This document shows positions 1-9,890 of a stretch of DNA of 64,000 nucleotides, one piece after another. The notes beneath the pieces were generated by a model. That model worked only from the letters and a program-made list of their open reading frames with translations, was not told the origin of the DNA and did not search any database. The DNA comes from an uncultured Desulfospira sp. (GTDB lineage Bacteria; Desulfobacterota; Desulfobacteria; Desulfobacterales; Desulfobacteraceae): contig OY760175.1 in NCBI GenBank assembly GCA_963663165.1, positions 5,440,001 through 5,504,000 of the forward strand, written 5' to 3'. The position numbers were made by a program, and so were the translations under genes. Each line of letters begins with the position of its first letter. Position 1 is the stretch's first letter.

Positions 1-912
1 CTCTTTTGACTCTTTTTGGGCCAGGGTCTCAAATGAATACCAGTCCAACCGGGTATTGCCGAAGCTGTCAACCCCGGGGGGCACCCCGGTAATCAGTTCA
101 AATACGGAGACCGCCAGGGTGTACACATCCACGGCCGGACTTAAAAACATGGCCTGGTCGTGCCGCAGCTCCGGCGCACAGTATCCCGGTGTTGTGGTGA
201 TGCCGCCCACAAGTCGGCCATCGACCTTTATGGCAAAACTGCCCATATCAATAAGCACAATCCGTTTGTCTTGAGTCAGCAGGACATTATCAGGCTTTAA
301 ATCACAATAAAAAAATTCAAACAACCTGCCGCCGCTTTTATAAGGCTGATGAAAGCGGGAAAGCACATTGGCAATGCTTCGAATATAAAACTGTGCAAAT
401 CCCAGGGGATTGCTTTTAATCTGGGGATGTTCCGGTTTTACAGGGCCGCCGGAAAAATAATTGATGACAAGGTAAGATTCCTTTGTGTACAGTTCCGGCT
501 CTGCGTAAAAAGAATTCCCTGCCTGGTCAGTGTGGGGGCCAAACAGGTCAGGATTGATATCGGTGATAAGATCGAGAGGGACCGGGATGTTGGGAATTCC
601 CCTGGCCCATCCATGTCGCATGGCACCGAATTCACGGTCCAGTGCCTTGCGTCTGAAGGGGATTTCGTTGAGTCGGTGTTTGTCATTTTTGTGTTCAAAC
701 AGGACCGGTTCATAAAGGCAGCGTTTGATCAGCACTTTTTTGTTGTGTAATTGCGTGTCGTTTGCGATAAAAATGACGCCCATACCGCCTGCAGCCAGGA
801 TATCACGGATTTTATAGCGGTTGTCCAGCATGCGTGGCACCTGAAAACGCCGACCGTTAAGATTCAGAACTGCAATCTCCCTGTCCAGGGCTGAATTAAA
901 GGAAAATTTCAT
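1..912 (-). CDS. Hanks-type Ser/Thr protein kinase (3' end outside the window; absent from the ORF track)
   Basis: Manual translation from ATG 912: MKFSFNSALD...RYKIRDILAAGGMGVIF (Gly loop)...KVLIK...YCDLKPDNVLL (catalytic loop)...LIDMGS...TPGYCAPE...DVYTLAVSVFELITG. The frame is open to base 1. Confidence 0.92.
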   Translation of the reverse strand, partial: MKFSFNSALDREIAVLNLNGRRFQVPRMLDNRYKIRDILAAGGMGVIFIANDTQLHNKKVLIKRCLYEPVLFEHKNDKHRLNEIPFRRKALDREFGAMRHGWARGIPNIPVPLDLITDINPDLFGPHTDQAGNSFYAEPELYTKESYLVINYFSGGPVKPEHPQIKSNPLGFAQFYIRSIANVLSRFHQPYKSGGRLFEFFYCDLKPDNVLLTQDKRIVLIDMGSFAIKVDGRLVGGITTTPGYCAPELRHDQAMFLSPAVDVYTLAVSVFELITGVPPGVDSFGNTRLDWYSFETLAQKESKE

Positions 913-913
913 C

Positions 914-1942
914 TCAAACCTCCACAACAGTCAGAACCAGGTCTGCCACGCTGATCCGGCCGCCTGCTTTCAATACAGCGGTCTGGCCGGGAAATAGATC
1001 CTGGCCTGCATATTCCACACGGTGGGAGCCAATGTTTTTCATCATCAGATATTCTCCGCTTATCCAGATTTTTAAATGATTTCTGGAAATAGCCTGTGTC
1101 TGGCTGCTGAACTGGCCCAGGTCAAGATCCACCACCTTCCCGGATCTGCTTTTTTTCCCTACAAGCAGGCTTCTGGCCGGGGGAATGGGAATCGTACGGT
1201 TGTGCCCACTGATTTCAAGCCCGCAGGCCACAGTGGTTTTTGGCCACTCTTTTGGGGGACCATCCTGCTCCTGGGAATGGGAAGCTTTTGCGCTTCCGGT
1301 TTCAGGAGGCTGTACCGGCATCAACGGCTGTCCGGAATTTTGATCTGGCATCTTTATTTGTTTCGGCCGGGGTGCTGCCTTAGGCGGTTTTGCCGGATCA
1401 GGTCCGGACCGGTCTTTGGCCGGTGCAACGGACTGAATCAGGATTTCCTGTTCAGCCCGGTCTGCAGGTTGGCAGCAAAGGGTATAAATGCCGGAAGGCA
1501 GGTTTTCGATATATACACCGCGGGCGGTCACGGTCAGGTGGTTGTCAAACCCGGGATCGGAAAATGACCACAGGGTGTTTGCCGGCAATTGCGCTGTGCC
1601 GGGAATCTCCAGCCTTTCCCCGGGTGCGGTTTTCAGTACCCCGGGCATGGGAAACGTATCAGCACCGGAAGGCGTCTGTACGGCAGCGTCCCTTGCCTGA
1701 CTGTCCTCTTCCCGGCGAATTTCAATTTTGATTTCCCCGGATTCACCGGTCTCCTCCACAGTATACCGCAGGACTCTTTGGGGATTTGCCAGGGCCGGGG
1801 GCTCTGGGGTGAGCCTGATTCCCTTTGCTGTAATCCCGATATCCATATGGGCGTCATTGTCAATCTCCCATTCCAGATTTCCGGACAGTCCGGACGGAGA
1901 AGCAATAAGGCAGGATTGGTTGACATAGATTATTTCAGCCAT
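914..1942 (-). CDS. FHA domain protein (C-terminal FHA after a Pro-rich linker)
   Basis: The C-terminal LLVGKK...DLDL...AISRNHLKI...MMKNIGS resembles the FHA G-R/S-x-x-H motifs; adjacent to the kinase. Confidence 0.75.
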   Translation of the reverse strand: MAEIIYVNQSCLIASPSGLSGNLEWEIDNDAHMDIGITAKGIRLTPEPPALANPQRVLRYTVEETGESGEIKIEIRREEDSQARDAAVQTPSGADTFPMPGVLKTAPGERLEIPGTAQLPANTLWSFSDPGFDNHLTVTARGVYIENLPSGIYTLCCQPADRAEQEILIQSVAPAKDRSGPDPAKPPKAAPRPKQIKMPDQNSGQPLMPVQPPETGSAKASHSQEQDGPPKEWPKTTVACGLEISGHNRTIPIPPARSLLVGKKSRSGKVVDLDLGQFSSQTQAISRNHLKIWISGEYLMMKNIGSHRVEYAGQDLFPGQTAVLKAGGRISVADLVLTVVEV

Positions 1943-1952
1943 AAATGAACTC

Positions 1953-3269
1953 CTAGTAGATTGGGGTGTCAGAATATTGGCTTGAATGAATCCTGGACCT
2001 TACTGACGACCTTGAAGAGGTATAGGCGATATCATTGAGATCCGCCTGGGTAAGGTTCTGGTCCCTCATCAGTTTGTTTTTCATCTCCCTGAATCCTGTG
2101 GCCTTGTCGTAATCTCCGATTTGTTCCGCCAGTGAGGCCATAGCTTCAAGGCGAAGTGCTGCCTCATCGTATTTTTTCTGATCGATGAGCTTGAACACTT
2201 CATTCTGGTTAACCAGTATCTCAATATCTTTGTATCCGGCATCAATGCTGGAGTCCATGATCTCTTCGGCAGAAGTGTCGGCAAAATTCAGATAAAGCGG
2301 CAAATCAACTTCTTTTCCGGCAATATTCCGGCTGGGGCAGTCAAAATGAATGACGGCCCTGCCAATTTTCATGCTGGCAGTGTCCGGGGTGTCCAGGGTG
2401 AAATCAAAGAGGAATTCCTTGAATCCCTGCTGTTCAATATCCCCGGCATTAATTTGCACCAGGGTGCCTTTATCACTTTGATGAATAAAATCGTGCAGGT
2501 TTTTCTGCTCAGGTTCGTGCATATAAAAATGGACATCCCTGACCATGTTTTCCAGGTGAATATTGATGAACACCTTTTTTAAAAACAGGTTGGATAACTG
2601 GGTGTAAATCTGGGAGAATACTTTGGGTGCAGGCATGTTGGGGGTGATGTTTTCGGTCAGGGACCCTGAAAAATCTGAAAACTGCTTCATAAAATCAAAT
2701 TTAAACGTCTCCCCGATCCCCATGGCATCGGTTGTAATCCCGGACTGCGCCAGGGCTTTGCAGGTCTCAAACGCCTTTTGATTATTCCCGGTATAGGCAT
2801 GGCCGTCAGTTAGAAAAATAAGTTTGTAATGGCCTTTGGCTCCTTTGCTTGTGACGGATCGGGCCATATTCATGGCAGCTTCGAAATTGGTTGCACCGTT
2901 ATCTTTCAAATAGCTGTCCAAAGCGGTTATTAAAACAGATTTTGCCCCGCCCGGGGCATGATCGGCATGGACAATGGCCTGGGAATTAAATGACACCAGG
3001 GTCACCGTATCCTGGGTTTCCACCTGTTCAAACAGGGTCTGGACAGCCTGGAACACCGCATCCCGTTTGATCATGCCGGTATCGTAATACGCCTCGTCCA
3101 TGGACGCGCTGCTGTCCAGCAGAAAAACCAGGTTGGTTTTTTCTTTCTGCAAGGGGTTTTCCCGGGTTCCGGCCAGGATCTGCAGCCTGGCCCTGACAGT
3201 TTGATCCATCTGGTTTTTGATTATTCTGTCCCGGTTGAACTCAAGCGCTGTTTCCAGTTCGTATCCCAT
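1953..3269 (-). CDS. von Willebrand factor A domain protein
   Basis: MIDAS motif FLLDSSASM, GATNFEAAM and LIFLTDG; helical C-terminus. Confidence 0.9.
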   Translation of the reverse strand: MGYELETALEFNRDRIIKNQMDQTVRARLQILAGTRENPLQKEKTNLVFLLDSSASMDEAYYDTGMIKRDAVFQAVQTLFEQVETQDTVTLVSFNSQAIVHADHAPGGAKSVLITALDSYLKDNGATNFEAAMNMARSVTSKGAKGHYKLIFLTDGHAYTGNNQKAFETCKALAQSGITTDAMGIGETFKFDFMKQFSDFSGSLTENITPNMPAPKVFSQIYTQLSNLFLKKVFINIHLENMVRDVHFYMHEPEQKNLHDFIHQSDKGTLVQINAGDIEQQGFKEFLFDFTLDTPDTASMKIGRAVIHFDCPSRNIAGKEVDLPLYLNFADTSAEEIMDSSIDAGYKDIEILVNQNEVFKLIDQKKYDEAALRLEAMASLAEQIGDYDKATGFREMKNKLMRDQNLTQADLNDIAYTSSRSSVRSRIHSSQYSDTPIY

Positions 3270-3287
3270 ATGTCCTCCCTTCTGGCT

Positions 3288-5000
3288 TTAATTCTGTGGT
3301 TTTTTCTTTAATTTTACCCATGGTTTCTTTTCTTCGGCACTCATGGTTGAATCCGGCCCCGGCCCGGTTTTGGACCTGGGCTCCCCGGTATCCGGCATTT
3401 GTTCGGCCCGCCGGCCGGTGAGGACCACCAGGGTAATGTTATCAACCCCGGCGGCCTCATCCGCCGCACGGCCCATTTGTCTGGCAATTCCGGCCGATGT
3501 ATTGTCATGGGAGGCCGCCCGGGTAAAGGCCTTTAAAATGTCCTGTTCGTTTTCAAATTCATTCCGGGTGGTGCCCAGGCTGTCAATGAGCCCGTCGGTT
3601 GCGGCGATAAAAGATGCTCCCGGTTCTGGATACAGTTCAATAAAAGAGATCTGATCATCCGGCCGGACCGGGATATATTTTTTACTTTTGCTGTCCAGTT
3701 CGGCCAGGGGGATAACCCGGTCCAGGTGGCTGTCATTTTCTTCACCCCCGAAGGCCGGGAGGGCCGGGTTGTCTATATAGGCTGCAATCCGCCGGGCCAG
3801 GATGTTATGCTCTTCATTGAGTCGCATAAGCCGGCCCCCGGCGATGTAGAAAATGTGGGAGTCTCCCAGGTGGCCGAATACGGCCCGGTTTTGGTTTACC
3901 ATGCCCAGGATTATGGTGGCGCTCATGGGCAGGGCTTCCGGAGATACTCTTTTGATGTCGGCTTCCCGGTTCAGACGTTCCGTACATGTCTGGTTGATAT
4001 CGGCCATCAGTTCAATGATTTTGCTGCGGCATGTTTTCATCCACAGCTCTGATGCCTCTTTCCCGGTTTCTTCCATAAATGCCAGAAGCTCTTGTTTTTT
4101 AAGTTCCAGGGTTTCCATGATCAGGTTGGCGATCATTTTACCGTTTCCAATATCTGCCGCAGATACCCCGTCCGATACCATGACCAGCATTGATTTTTTG
4201 TCTGGTGTTGCGATCAGGTGGTAGGCATCCTCATTTTGCACAGCCTTTTTCTTTCTGCCCTGTTCTGTATGAAATCCCGCATCCCATACCAGAGCACAAA
4301 CCGGGGCCGGGACACAAACGGAATTTGTTTGTGCCTCAAAAAGGCCGGTAACGATTTCCCGGCAGGTGCCGGGCGTATGGGCATTGTGAAAAATCGACCT
4401 GAGCCTGTATTTTTCTTCAGGCAGCAGGCCCAGTTTCATCAGGGCCACGGCAAGCCAGTGTTCAGGGGAAAGCCGGGTAAGGGGAGGAAGCTGGGGATAG
4501 AGCATCTTCACCATAAACCGGACAAAGGCCTCCCGGGTCATTGCAGGGCTGATCATGTCCGGCTTAATCATCCCCGAGTTGAGCCGGGGGGGCAGATCCA
4601 GGTTATAAGCCTGTTTCACACCGGACGGAATGCGCTTTGCATCCGTTGCCGTATACGCGTCAAACTCAAACCAGTCGACAACTATCTGGTCTTTTTCCGT
4701 GATAAACAGTTTGTCATGGGGAATGATAAACCAGAACCGGTTGTTCTCCGCCATCCGATCCAGAAAGTCAGCAAGCAGGAGAAACAACCCCTTCCGATCT
4801 TCGGATCCTGTGCAGGCTTCCAGGCGTTCTTTGAACAGGGAGATCTCCAGGTCAGGGTCATTAATTATGCTTTCCCGGGGGATGCCTTCCGTTTTCTGAT
4901 AGTTGGAAATGCCGTATTCAAGCAGCAGGTCATCTGCCTCACCGGTACTGTCCTGTGATGTTTCAGCCAGATTCCTCTTGAAAAAATCTTTAAACTTCAT
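3288..5000 (-). CDS. PP2C/PPM-family phosphatase with an N-terminal extension (possible degenerate kinase lobe)
   Basis: PPM motifs QNEDA, VSDGV, SATI, GHLGDS, ATDGLID and GVDNITLVV in the C-terminal ~330 aa. Confidence 0.88.
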   Translation of the reverse strand: MKFKDFFKRNLAETSQDSTGEADDLLLEYGISNYQKTEGIPRESIINDPDLEISLFKERLEACTGSEDRKGLFLLLADFLDRMAENNRFWFIIPHDKLFITEKDQIVVDWFEFDAYTATDAKRIPSGVKQAYNLDLPPRLNSGMIKPDMISPAMTREAFVRFMVKMLYPQLPPLTRLSPEHWLAVALMKLGLLPEEKYRLRSIFHNAHTPGTCREIVTGLFEAQTNSVCVPAPVCALVWDAGFHTEQGRKKKAVQNEDAYHLIATPDKKSMLVMVSDGVSAADIGNGKMIANLIMETLELKKQELLAFMEETGKEASELWMKTCRSKIIELMADINQTCTERLNREADIKRVSPEALPMSATIILGMVNQNRAVFGHLGDSHIFYIAGGRLMRLNEEHNILARRIAAYIDNPALPAFGGEENDSHLDRVIPLAELDSKSKKYIPVRPDDQISFIELYPEPGASFIAATDGLIDSLGTTRNEFENEQDILKAFTRAASHDNTSAGIARQMGRAADEAAGVDNITLVVLTGRRAEQMPDTGEPRSKTGPGPDSTMSAEEKKPWVKLKKKPQN

Positions 5001-5571
5001 TGATGCGTTCCCTCAGCATGGTAATGGTTTCCTGTTTTTTCCGGGTCATGATCCTGATTTTATCCTCCAGTCCTGAGATCATGTCGGCACACTGCACAAG
5101 CTCCCGGGATACCTCGTCCATGTTCCGGCCCATATACTCCAGGGTTTTAAATTTCCCGGCCAGGGTTTCCAGTTCCGGTCCGGGGATGTGGAGCTGATAG
5201 GCCAGTTTTTCAATCTGCCCCAGCACTTCAGCCCGGTCTTTGAGTTCGGACAGGGGTTGGTCTGCTGCGTTGTACTCCTGTTCCAGGGCGCTGTTCTTTG
5301 ATTTCAGGGCGGCAATTTCCTGTTGACGTTCAGCCAGAAGGGCAGCCTGATTTTCAGCATGATCTGACAACGTCTTTGTTCGGGTCAGCAGCAGGTATTT
5401 GACCAGGGAGACCACCGGTTCTATCTGCCGGTCCAGGCCGGGACCCGAAACCCGGGTCAGGTCGGGCAGTGTTTTTATGCAGTGGGCAATGATGCCCAAA
5501 AGGTAATCTGCCTGTCCGTTTTCGTTCAAATGTGCTGTCTTTTCATCAATCTGTGAGGGTATCAGGTCCAT
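4990..5571 (-). CDS. Coiled-coil hypothetical protein
   Basis: Heptad-rich 193-aa ORF overlapping both neighbours. Confidence 0.7.
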   Translation of the reverse strand: MDLIPSQIDEKTAHLNENGQADYLLGIIAHCIKTLPDLTRVSGPGLDRQIEPVVSLVKYLLLTRTKTLSDHAENQAALLAERQQEIAALKSKNSALEQEYNAADQPLSELKDRAEVLGQIEKLAYQLHIPGPELETLAGKFKTLEYMGRNMDEVSRELVQCADMISGLEDKIRIMTRKKQETITMLRERINEV

Positions 5572-8057
5572 TCAGTTTCCACCTTTTTAATATGGGCCGG
5601 TGTGATGCATACCGTGTGTGCATCCAGGTCCGCGTCGGCCACGGCAGCCCCTTTTAGTTTTTCAATAAAACTTCTGACAAAGCGGGCATTGGCAAAATTG
5701 TTTCCCTCAATTGTGCGTATCCGTTCAAAAACCGGGATAAGCATCTCAGCTTTAAGCAGGCTAAAATCATATACGGCCCCAATGCCGGAGGTTTTCAAAA
5801 AAAAGATCTGTGCCAGTTCCTCAGCAGAATAATCCGGAAAGTCCAGAATCCGGTCAAACCGCCCTCTAAGCCCGGAATCATGGTCAAAAAGCGCTGTTAT
5901 CTTGTCAGGATACCCGGCAAAAATCAGGCAGAGCCGGCTGCGGTTGTCCTCCATGAACGGAAGAATGGTATTAAGGGCACTTTCTCCATAAGAACTGCGG
6001 TTCGGCCCCGGTGCGAGTTGATGGGCCTCGTCAATGAACAGCACCCCGTCCAGGGACTGATTCAGAATCCGGTTTGTTCTGTTTTCGGTTTCTCCCTGGT
6101 ATTGTCCTATTAGCTGCGAGGCTGTATGGGCATTGAGCTTTGCAGAATTTAAAAGTCCCATGCGAAAGAACTGCTTTGCCATCTGCCTTGCTGCAATGGT
6201 TTTGCCTGTACCCGGGCTTCCCTGGAAAATGTAGTGGCCGGGGACAGTTTTTTCTTTTTCCAGGCGGGCCTGCTTCTCAAAATTCACCAGGAACCCTTTT
6301 ATATTTCCAAGTCCGACAAGGGTGTTGATGTCGTCCTCCTGCTGCCGGCGAGCTTCAAACAGCTTTGGCATTTCAAAATGTGATGTGGACAGGGTTGGGG
6401 AAGAATTTGCCCTGGCGTTCTGCAGGGCTGTTTCAATCTGATTGATTACCACACCGGCATTGCCGAAATGATTTGCACCAAACAGTTCCCTTTGATCCAG
6501 CAGATTGGTGCAGAACAGCGTGACTTTTTCCTTAAGGTCGGCTTCCGGATGCAAGGGACTGTTATTGAGGTGCTGCATCATGATTTCAGCCAGCTCCTGT
6601 GCGGAATAATCAGGCAGGTCAATATATGATATCCGCCTGGCACATCCGGGATTTGTATTCAGCATGGCCCGTGTTTCATCGGGATAACCTGCAAAGATAA
6701 CCATGAACCTGCCTTGAAAATCGGACATGGCCTTTACCAGTTCGGCCAGGGCTTCAGTGCCGAAACTGTCCCGGTCATCATTGACCAGTTCATAGGCCTC
6801 ATCAATAAAAAGTACACCTCCCAACGCTTTTTCCACCAGGGCTCTGGTTTTTCCGGCTGACTGGCCCATGTATCCGGCCACAAGTTTTTCACGGGTGGCC
6901 TCAACCATGTGACCGGATTCCAGGAGTCCCTCTTCCTTTAAAATCTTTCCTATGAGCCTTGCCACTGTTGTTTTTCCGGTGCCGGGATTTCCTAACAGCG
7001 CCAGATGGGGGATGGCCGGCAGGGTTCCGGCCTTGATCCGCCGGAACCGGTCAGGGGTCAGCGGCTGATCCGATTCAAATTCAGGTGTTTTCTTTTCAAT
7101 CCCCCGGACCAGCCGGGTGACGGTCTCTTTAACCCGGGTCAGGCCTGTCATGGAACGAAGCTGGTCAAAGGCTGCGGGCATGCCTGATTGAAGTCCGTAA
7201 ACCTGTCGGAGGTGATCGAAAAACGCTTCTTCTTCACCCATGTACTGCACCAGATTTTTTATGGACTCTCCACGATGGCGCATGGCACCGGCAACGGAGG
7301 GGGACAGGCTGTCAAAATCATTGAAGGCCGGGACACATCCTTTTTCCAGTCCGTGAAGTGCCATGGCCCTGAAAACTTCATCCCGGCCGGCCGTTTCCAC
7401 CCGGACCACCCGGGCCGATCCCGAGGCTGCCCTTTTGCCGGGTTCCAGAGAAAAAACAAAATCCAGGCCAAGGCGCATGAACCGTCTTGCCACGGAAGCC
7501 TCATCATCTCCGTCCACCCAGATCCAGATATTTCTGCAGGCACCGGGCAGGGAAAAAATACTGTTTCTGAGCAACCCCTGGATCTGTATTCCAATATCCG
7601 ATGCCGGGGGCAGCTTTTCAAACAGGGCACCGTCATAAACCACAAAGGCCAGGTGCCGCCCGGGATCAGAAAGATGGGCTGTCATAAACTGGGCAATCTC
7701 ATTAATGTCCCCGTCATAGGTATACCTTAACCGCCCCCGGGGAGTGCTTGGGCTTTTGGACGGGGGGGATTTCATGGTAAGGCCCATGGGGGCGTGCTTG
7801 AGTTTATCCAGACCCTTGGCCGGGCGATGCGTTTTCTTTTCTTTGCGGGATCTGAGGTGGTCAAGGCTATGGGCGTCAAAATAGTAAAGTCCCCTGGCAT
7901 CCAGAAAGGCCACTGCTTTATACCCCAATTCACAGGTGAGATACCAGTAAAGGTAATGGTCAAGCTGGATACGGGAATTGTCCTTTAAGATAAACTCATC
8001 CCGGACATGTCCGAGAATAAGAAACAGGCGGTCCGCGTAGTTTTTTAACGCTTTCAT
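5562..8057 (-). CDS. Tandem AAA+ ATPase, CbxX/CfxQ/SpoVK-like
   Basis: Two modules, GNPGTGKTT...VLFIDEAY and GSPGTGKT...VLFIDEAH, each followed by IFAGYPD and GNA/ANAR motifs. Confidence 0.9.
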   Translation of the reverse strand: MKALKNYADRLFLILGHVRDEFILKDNSRIQLDHYLYWYLTCELGYKAVAFLDARGLYYFDAHSLDHLRSRKEKKTHRPAKGLDKLKHAPMGLTMKSPPSKSPSTPRGRLRYTYDGDINEIAQFMTAHLSDPGRHLAFVVYDGALFEKLPPASDIGIQIQGLLRNSIFSLPGACRNIWIWVDGDDEASVARRFMRLGLDFVFSLEPGKRAASGSARVVRVETAGRDEVFRAMALHGLEKGCVPAFNDFDSLSPSVAGAMRHRGESIKNLVQYMGEEEAFFDHLRQVYGLQSGMPAAFDQLRSMTGLTRVKETVTRLVRGIEKKTPEFESDQPLTPDRFRRIKAGTLPAIPHLALLGNPGTGKTTVARLIGKILKEEGLLESGHMVEATREKLVAGYMGQSAGKTRALVEKALGGVLFIDEAYELVNDDRDSFGTEALAELVKAMSDFQGRFMVIFAGYPDETRAMLNTNPGCARRISYIDLPDYSAQELAEIMMQHLNNSPLHPEADLKEKVTLFCTNLLDQRELFGANHFGNAGVVINQIETALQNARANSSPTLSTSHFEMPKLFEARRQQEDDINTLVGLGNIKGFLVNFEKQARLEKEKTVPGHYIFQGSPGTGKTIAARQMAKQFFRMGLLNSAKLNAHTASQLIGQYQGETENRTNRILNQSLDGVLFIDEAHQLAPGPNRSSYGESALNTILPFMEDNRSRLCLIFAGYPDKITALFDHDSGLRGRFDRILDFPDYSAEELAQIFFLKTSGIGAVYDFSLLKAEMLIPVFERIRTIEGNNFANARFVRSFIEKLKGAAVADADLDAHTVCITPAHIKKVETEWT

Positions 8058-8058
8058 C

Positions 8059-8625
8059 TTATATTTCTCCGGAAACCAGGGTCCGGGTCTTTAAAGGGGG
8101 AATCCCGCAGAAAAAAAGTCCGTCCATGTTTACATCCACCTCAAGGGTGCGTGGTCCAAACAAGAAGGCCTCTTTTTCCGTGATATACCTGTCGGTTAAA
8201 AAAAGAACCCGTTGGTTTTCCGATCCCCTCAGGCCCCGCCCCCTGTTTTGCTTTTCCAGGTAGGGCCCGCAGATAACCACATCGCAAAGTTCTAAAACCC
8301 GATTAAAATTCATTTCAATTTCCTGATAACTGAATCCTGTGTAAAGTATGATTCCCATTTCATTTTTTCCGGCACATGCCATTAAATCCAACACGTCATA
8401 GTACTGGACCAGGGGTTCACCGCCTGAAATGACCAGCCCCCTGGTTCCGGCCTTTGAAAGAAAGGCGGCCACCTGTCCTTTGCCAATTTGCCGGCCGCCA
8501 TCCATGTCCTGCCATTGTGGCGCAATGCAGCCCGGGCAAGACCTGGGACAGCCCTGGAACCAGACAGCGGATTTCACGCTTTTTCCAAAACTTCCGGTAT
8601 GGGCTTTCCAGGCAGCAATTCGCAT
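8059..8625 (-). CDS. Short radical SAM / 4Fe-4S protein, NrdG-activase-like
   Basis: VWFQGCPRSCPGC (CxxxCxxC), ISGGEP, YTGF, DVVICGPY and RGSENQR. Confidence 0.88.
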   Translation of the reverse strand: MRIAAWKAHTGSFGKSVKSAVWFQGCPRSCPGCIAPQWQDMDGGRQIGKGQVAAFLSKAGTRGLVISGGEPLVQYYDVLDLMACAGKNEMGIILYTGFSYQEIEMNFNRVLELCDVVICGPYLEKQNRGRGLRGSENQRVLFLTDRYITEKEAFLFGPRTLEVDVNMDGLFFCGIPPLKTRTLVSGEI

Positions 8626-9767
8626 CAGACCTTCCTTTCCCGATACCGGGCCAGATCAAAAAAATGTTCCTCGGCCGGGCGGTTTTCATACCCTCTCACC
8701 GTGGCGTAATCCTTTGCCCCCACTGCAGCCATAATCCCTTCCAGACGCTGGGCGTGGGTCAGGGGATCCAGGGTGTTGAAATCGACTTCCATGGAAAGTT
8801 CATCCGCCTCCTCGCCAATGTTCACCAAAATTTTTTCCCCCCGTTCATTTTCCATGAGCAGAATATTGTTAAGGCGCGGGTCATCTTCCTGGAAAAGATT
8901 ATCTACCACTTCAAAGCCCCGGCGAACCATCTTCTCAGCAATATCTGACTGTAGATCCATTTTACGGATATAGCGGATAAAGGCGCCTTCCGCAGAGAAC
9001 CCGGCATGGTTTACCCGGTCAACAACCGTATCAAGCAGACGTTCCAGTTCCTTCATCTGATCCAGATTCATCCTGCCAAGCCCGGTTTTCAGTTTTCGGG
9101 CGTTTTCAAATTCCTGTTTTGCCGCCAGCCACTCTTTTTCCGCCCAGAGGGGAATCTCAATGTCAACCACCTGGTTCGCCCCCTGTTTTGTGGAGAATTC
9201 CCGTTTTACAAGGGTGATGTTCATCATCTTTGCAACCTGGTCAAAGCTGTCGTTCAATTCTATTTCAAGGGCCTGTCCTTCAATACAGGTCTGTTCAATC
9301 CCGGGGACATCCCGGGCCAGCAGGGTATGCCAGTTCTGGGCCAGGGCCGTACACGCCTGGTACTGCCCGTTTTGCAGATTGGCTTCCATATTCCGGATCT
9401 GGTCGGTATAGGTTCCGAATTCCCGGGGAAAAAATCGTTCCATCTCCATTTTCTCAAGCGCCTGATATAATTCTTTTACCAGGTTCAGGCTATGTTCGGC
9501 AAACTCCCTGCTGTCCCTTTCCTTCTGTTCCAGGGTGCCGATCCTGCCTGAAATCCGGTCAATGGCCTGTTTCTGCTCCCGGATTCCGGACTCGGCCGCC
9601 CGGATGCTTTTTTGAGCCTGCTCCAGCCTGCCGGACAACTTCCTGTTTTCTCTTTCCTGCCGGTCAATATGGTTGCGAAGCTTTTTAATTTCCAATCGTC
9701 TGAATATGTAGTCAATCACTTCGGCCGGAACTGCCGGCTGTTTTCTTCCACTCATTTTGTCCTCCAT
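8625..9767 (-). CDS. Coiled-coil hypothetical protein, first gene of the kinase operon
   Basis: 380-aa ORF with a long N-terminal coiled coil; its stop overlaps the next start. Confidence 0.75.
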   Translation of the reverse strand: MEDKMSGRKQPAVPAEVIDYIFRRLEIKKLRNHIDRQERENRKLSGRLEQAQKSIRAAESGIREQKQAIDRISGRIGTLEQKERDSREFAEHSLNLVKELYQALEKMEMERFFPREFGTYTDQIRNMEANLQNGQYQACTALAQNWHTLLARDVPGIEQTCIEGQALEIELNDSFDQVAKMMNITLVKREFSTKQGANQVVDIEIPLWAEKEWLAAKQEFENARKLKTGLGRMNLDQMKELERLLDTVVDRVNHAGFSAEGAFIRYIRKMDLQSDIAEKMVRRGFEVVDNLFQEDDPRLNNILLMENERGEKILVNIGEEADELSMEVDFNTLDPLTHAQRLEGIMAAVGAKDYATVRGYENRPAEEHFFDLARYRERKV

Positions 9768-9890
9768 GTATAGCCATAATAGCGCTTAATGTTTCAGGTA
9801 TTTTGAAAATATTTTTTTGTTAAAAAAGGAAATTTTTTTTCAACTGGTTGAGACCAGGAAATCAATTTTTTGCTTTTTGGGGGTTAAAAT

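Noticed and set aside
5562..8057. Type VII secretion (EccA) or type VI secretion locus
   Set aside because: No EccC/EssC FtsK, WXG100, Hcp or VgrG genes are recognisable here; the operon continues outside the window, so this cannot be fully excluded.
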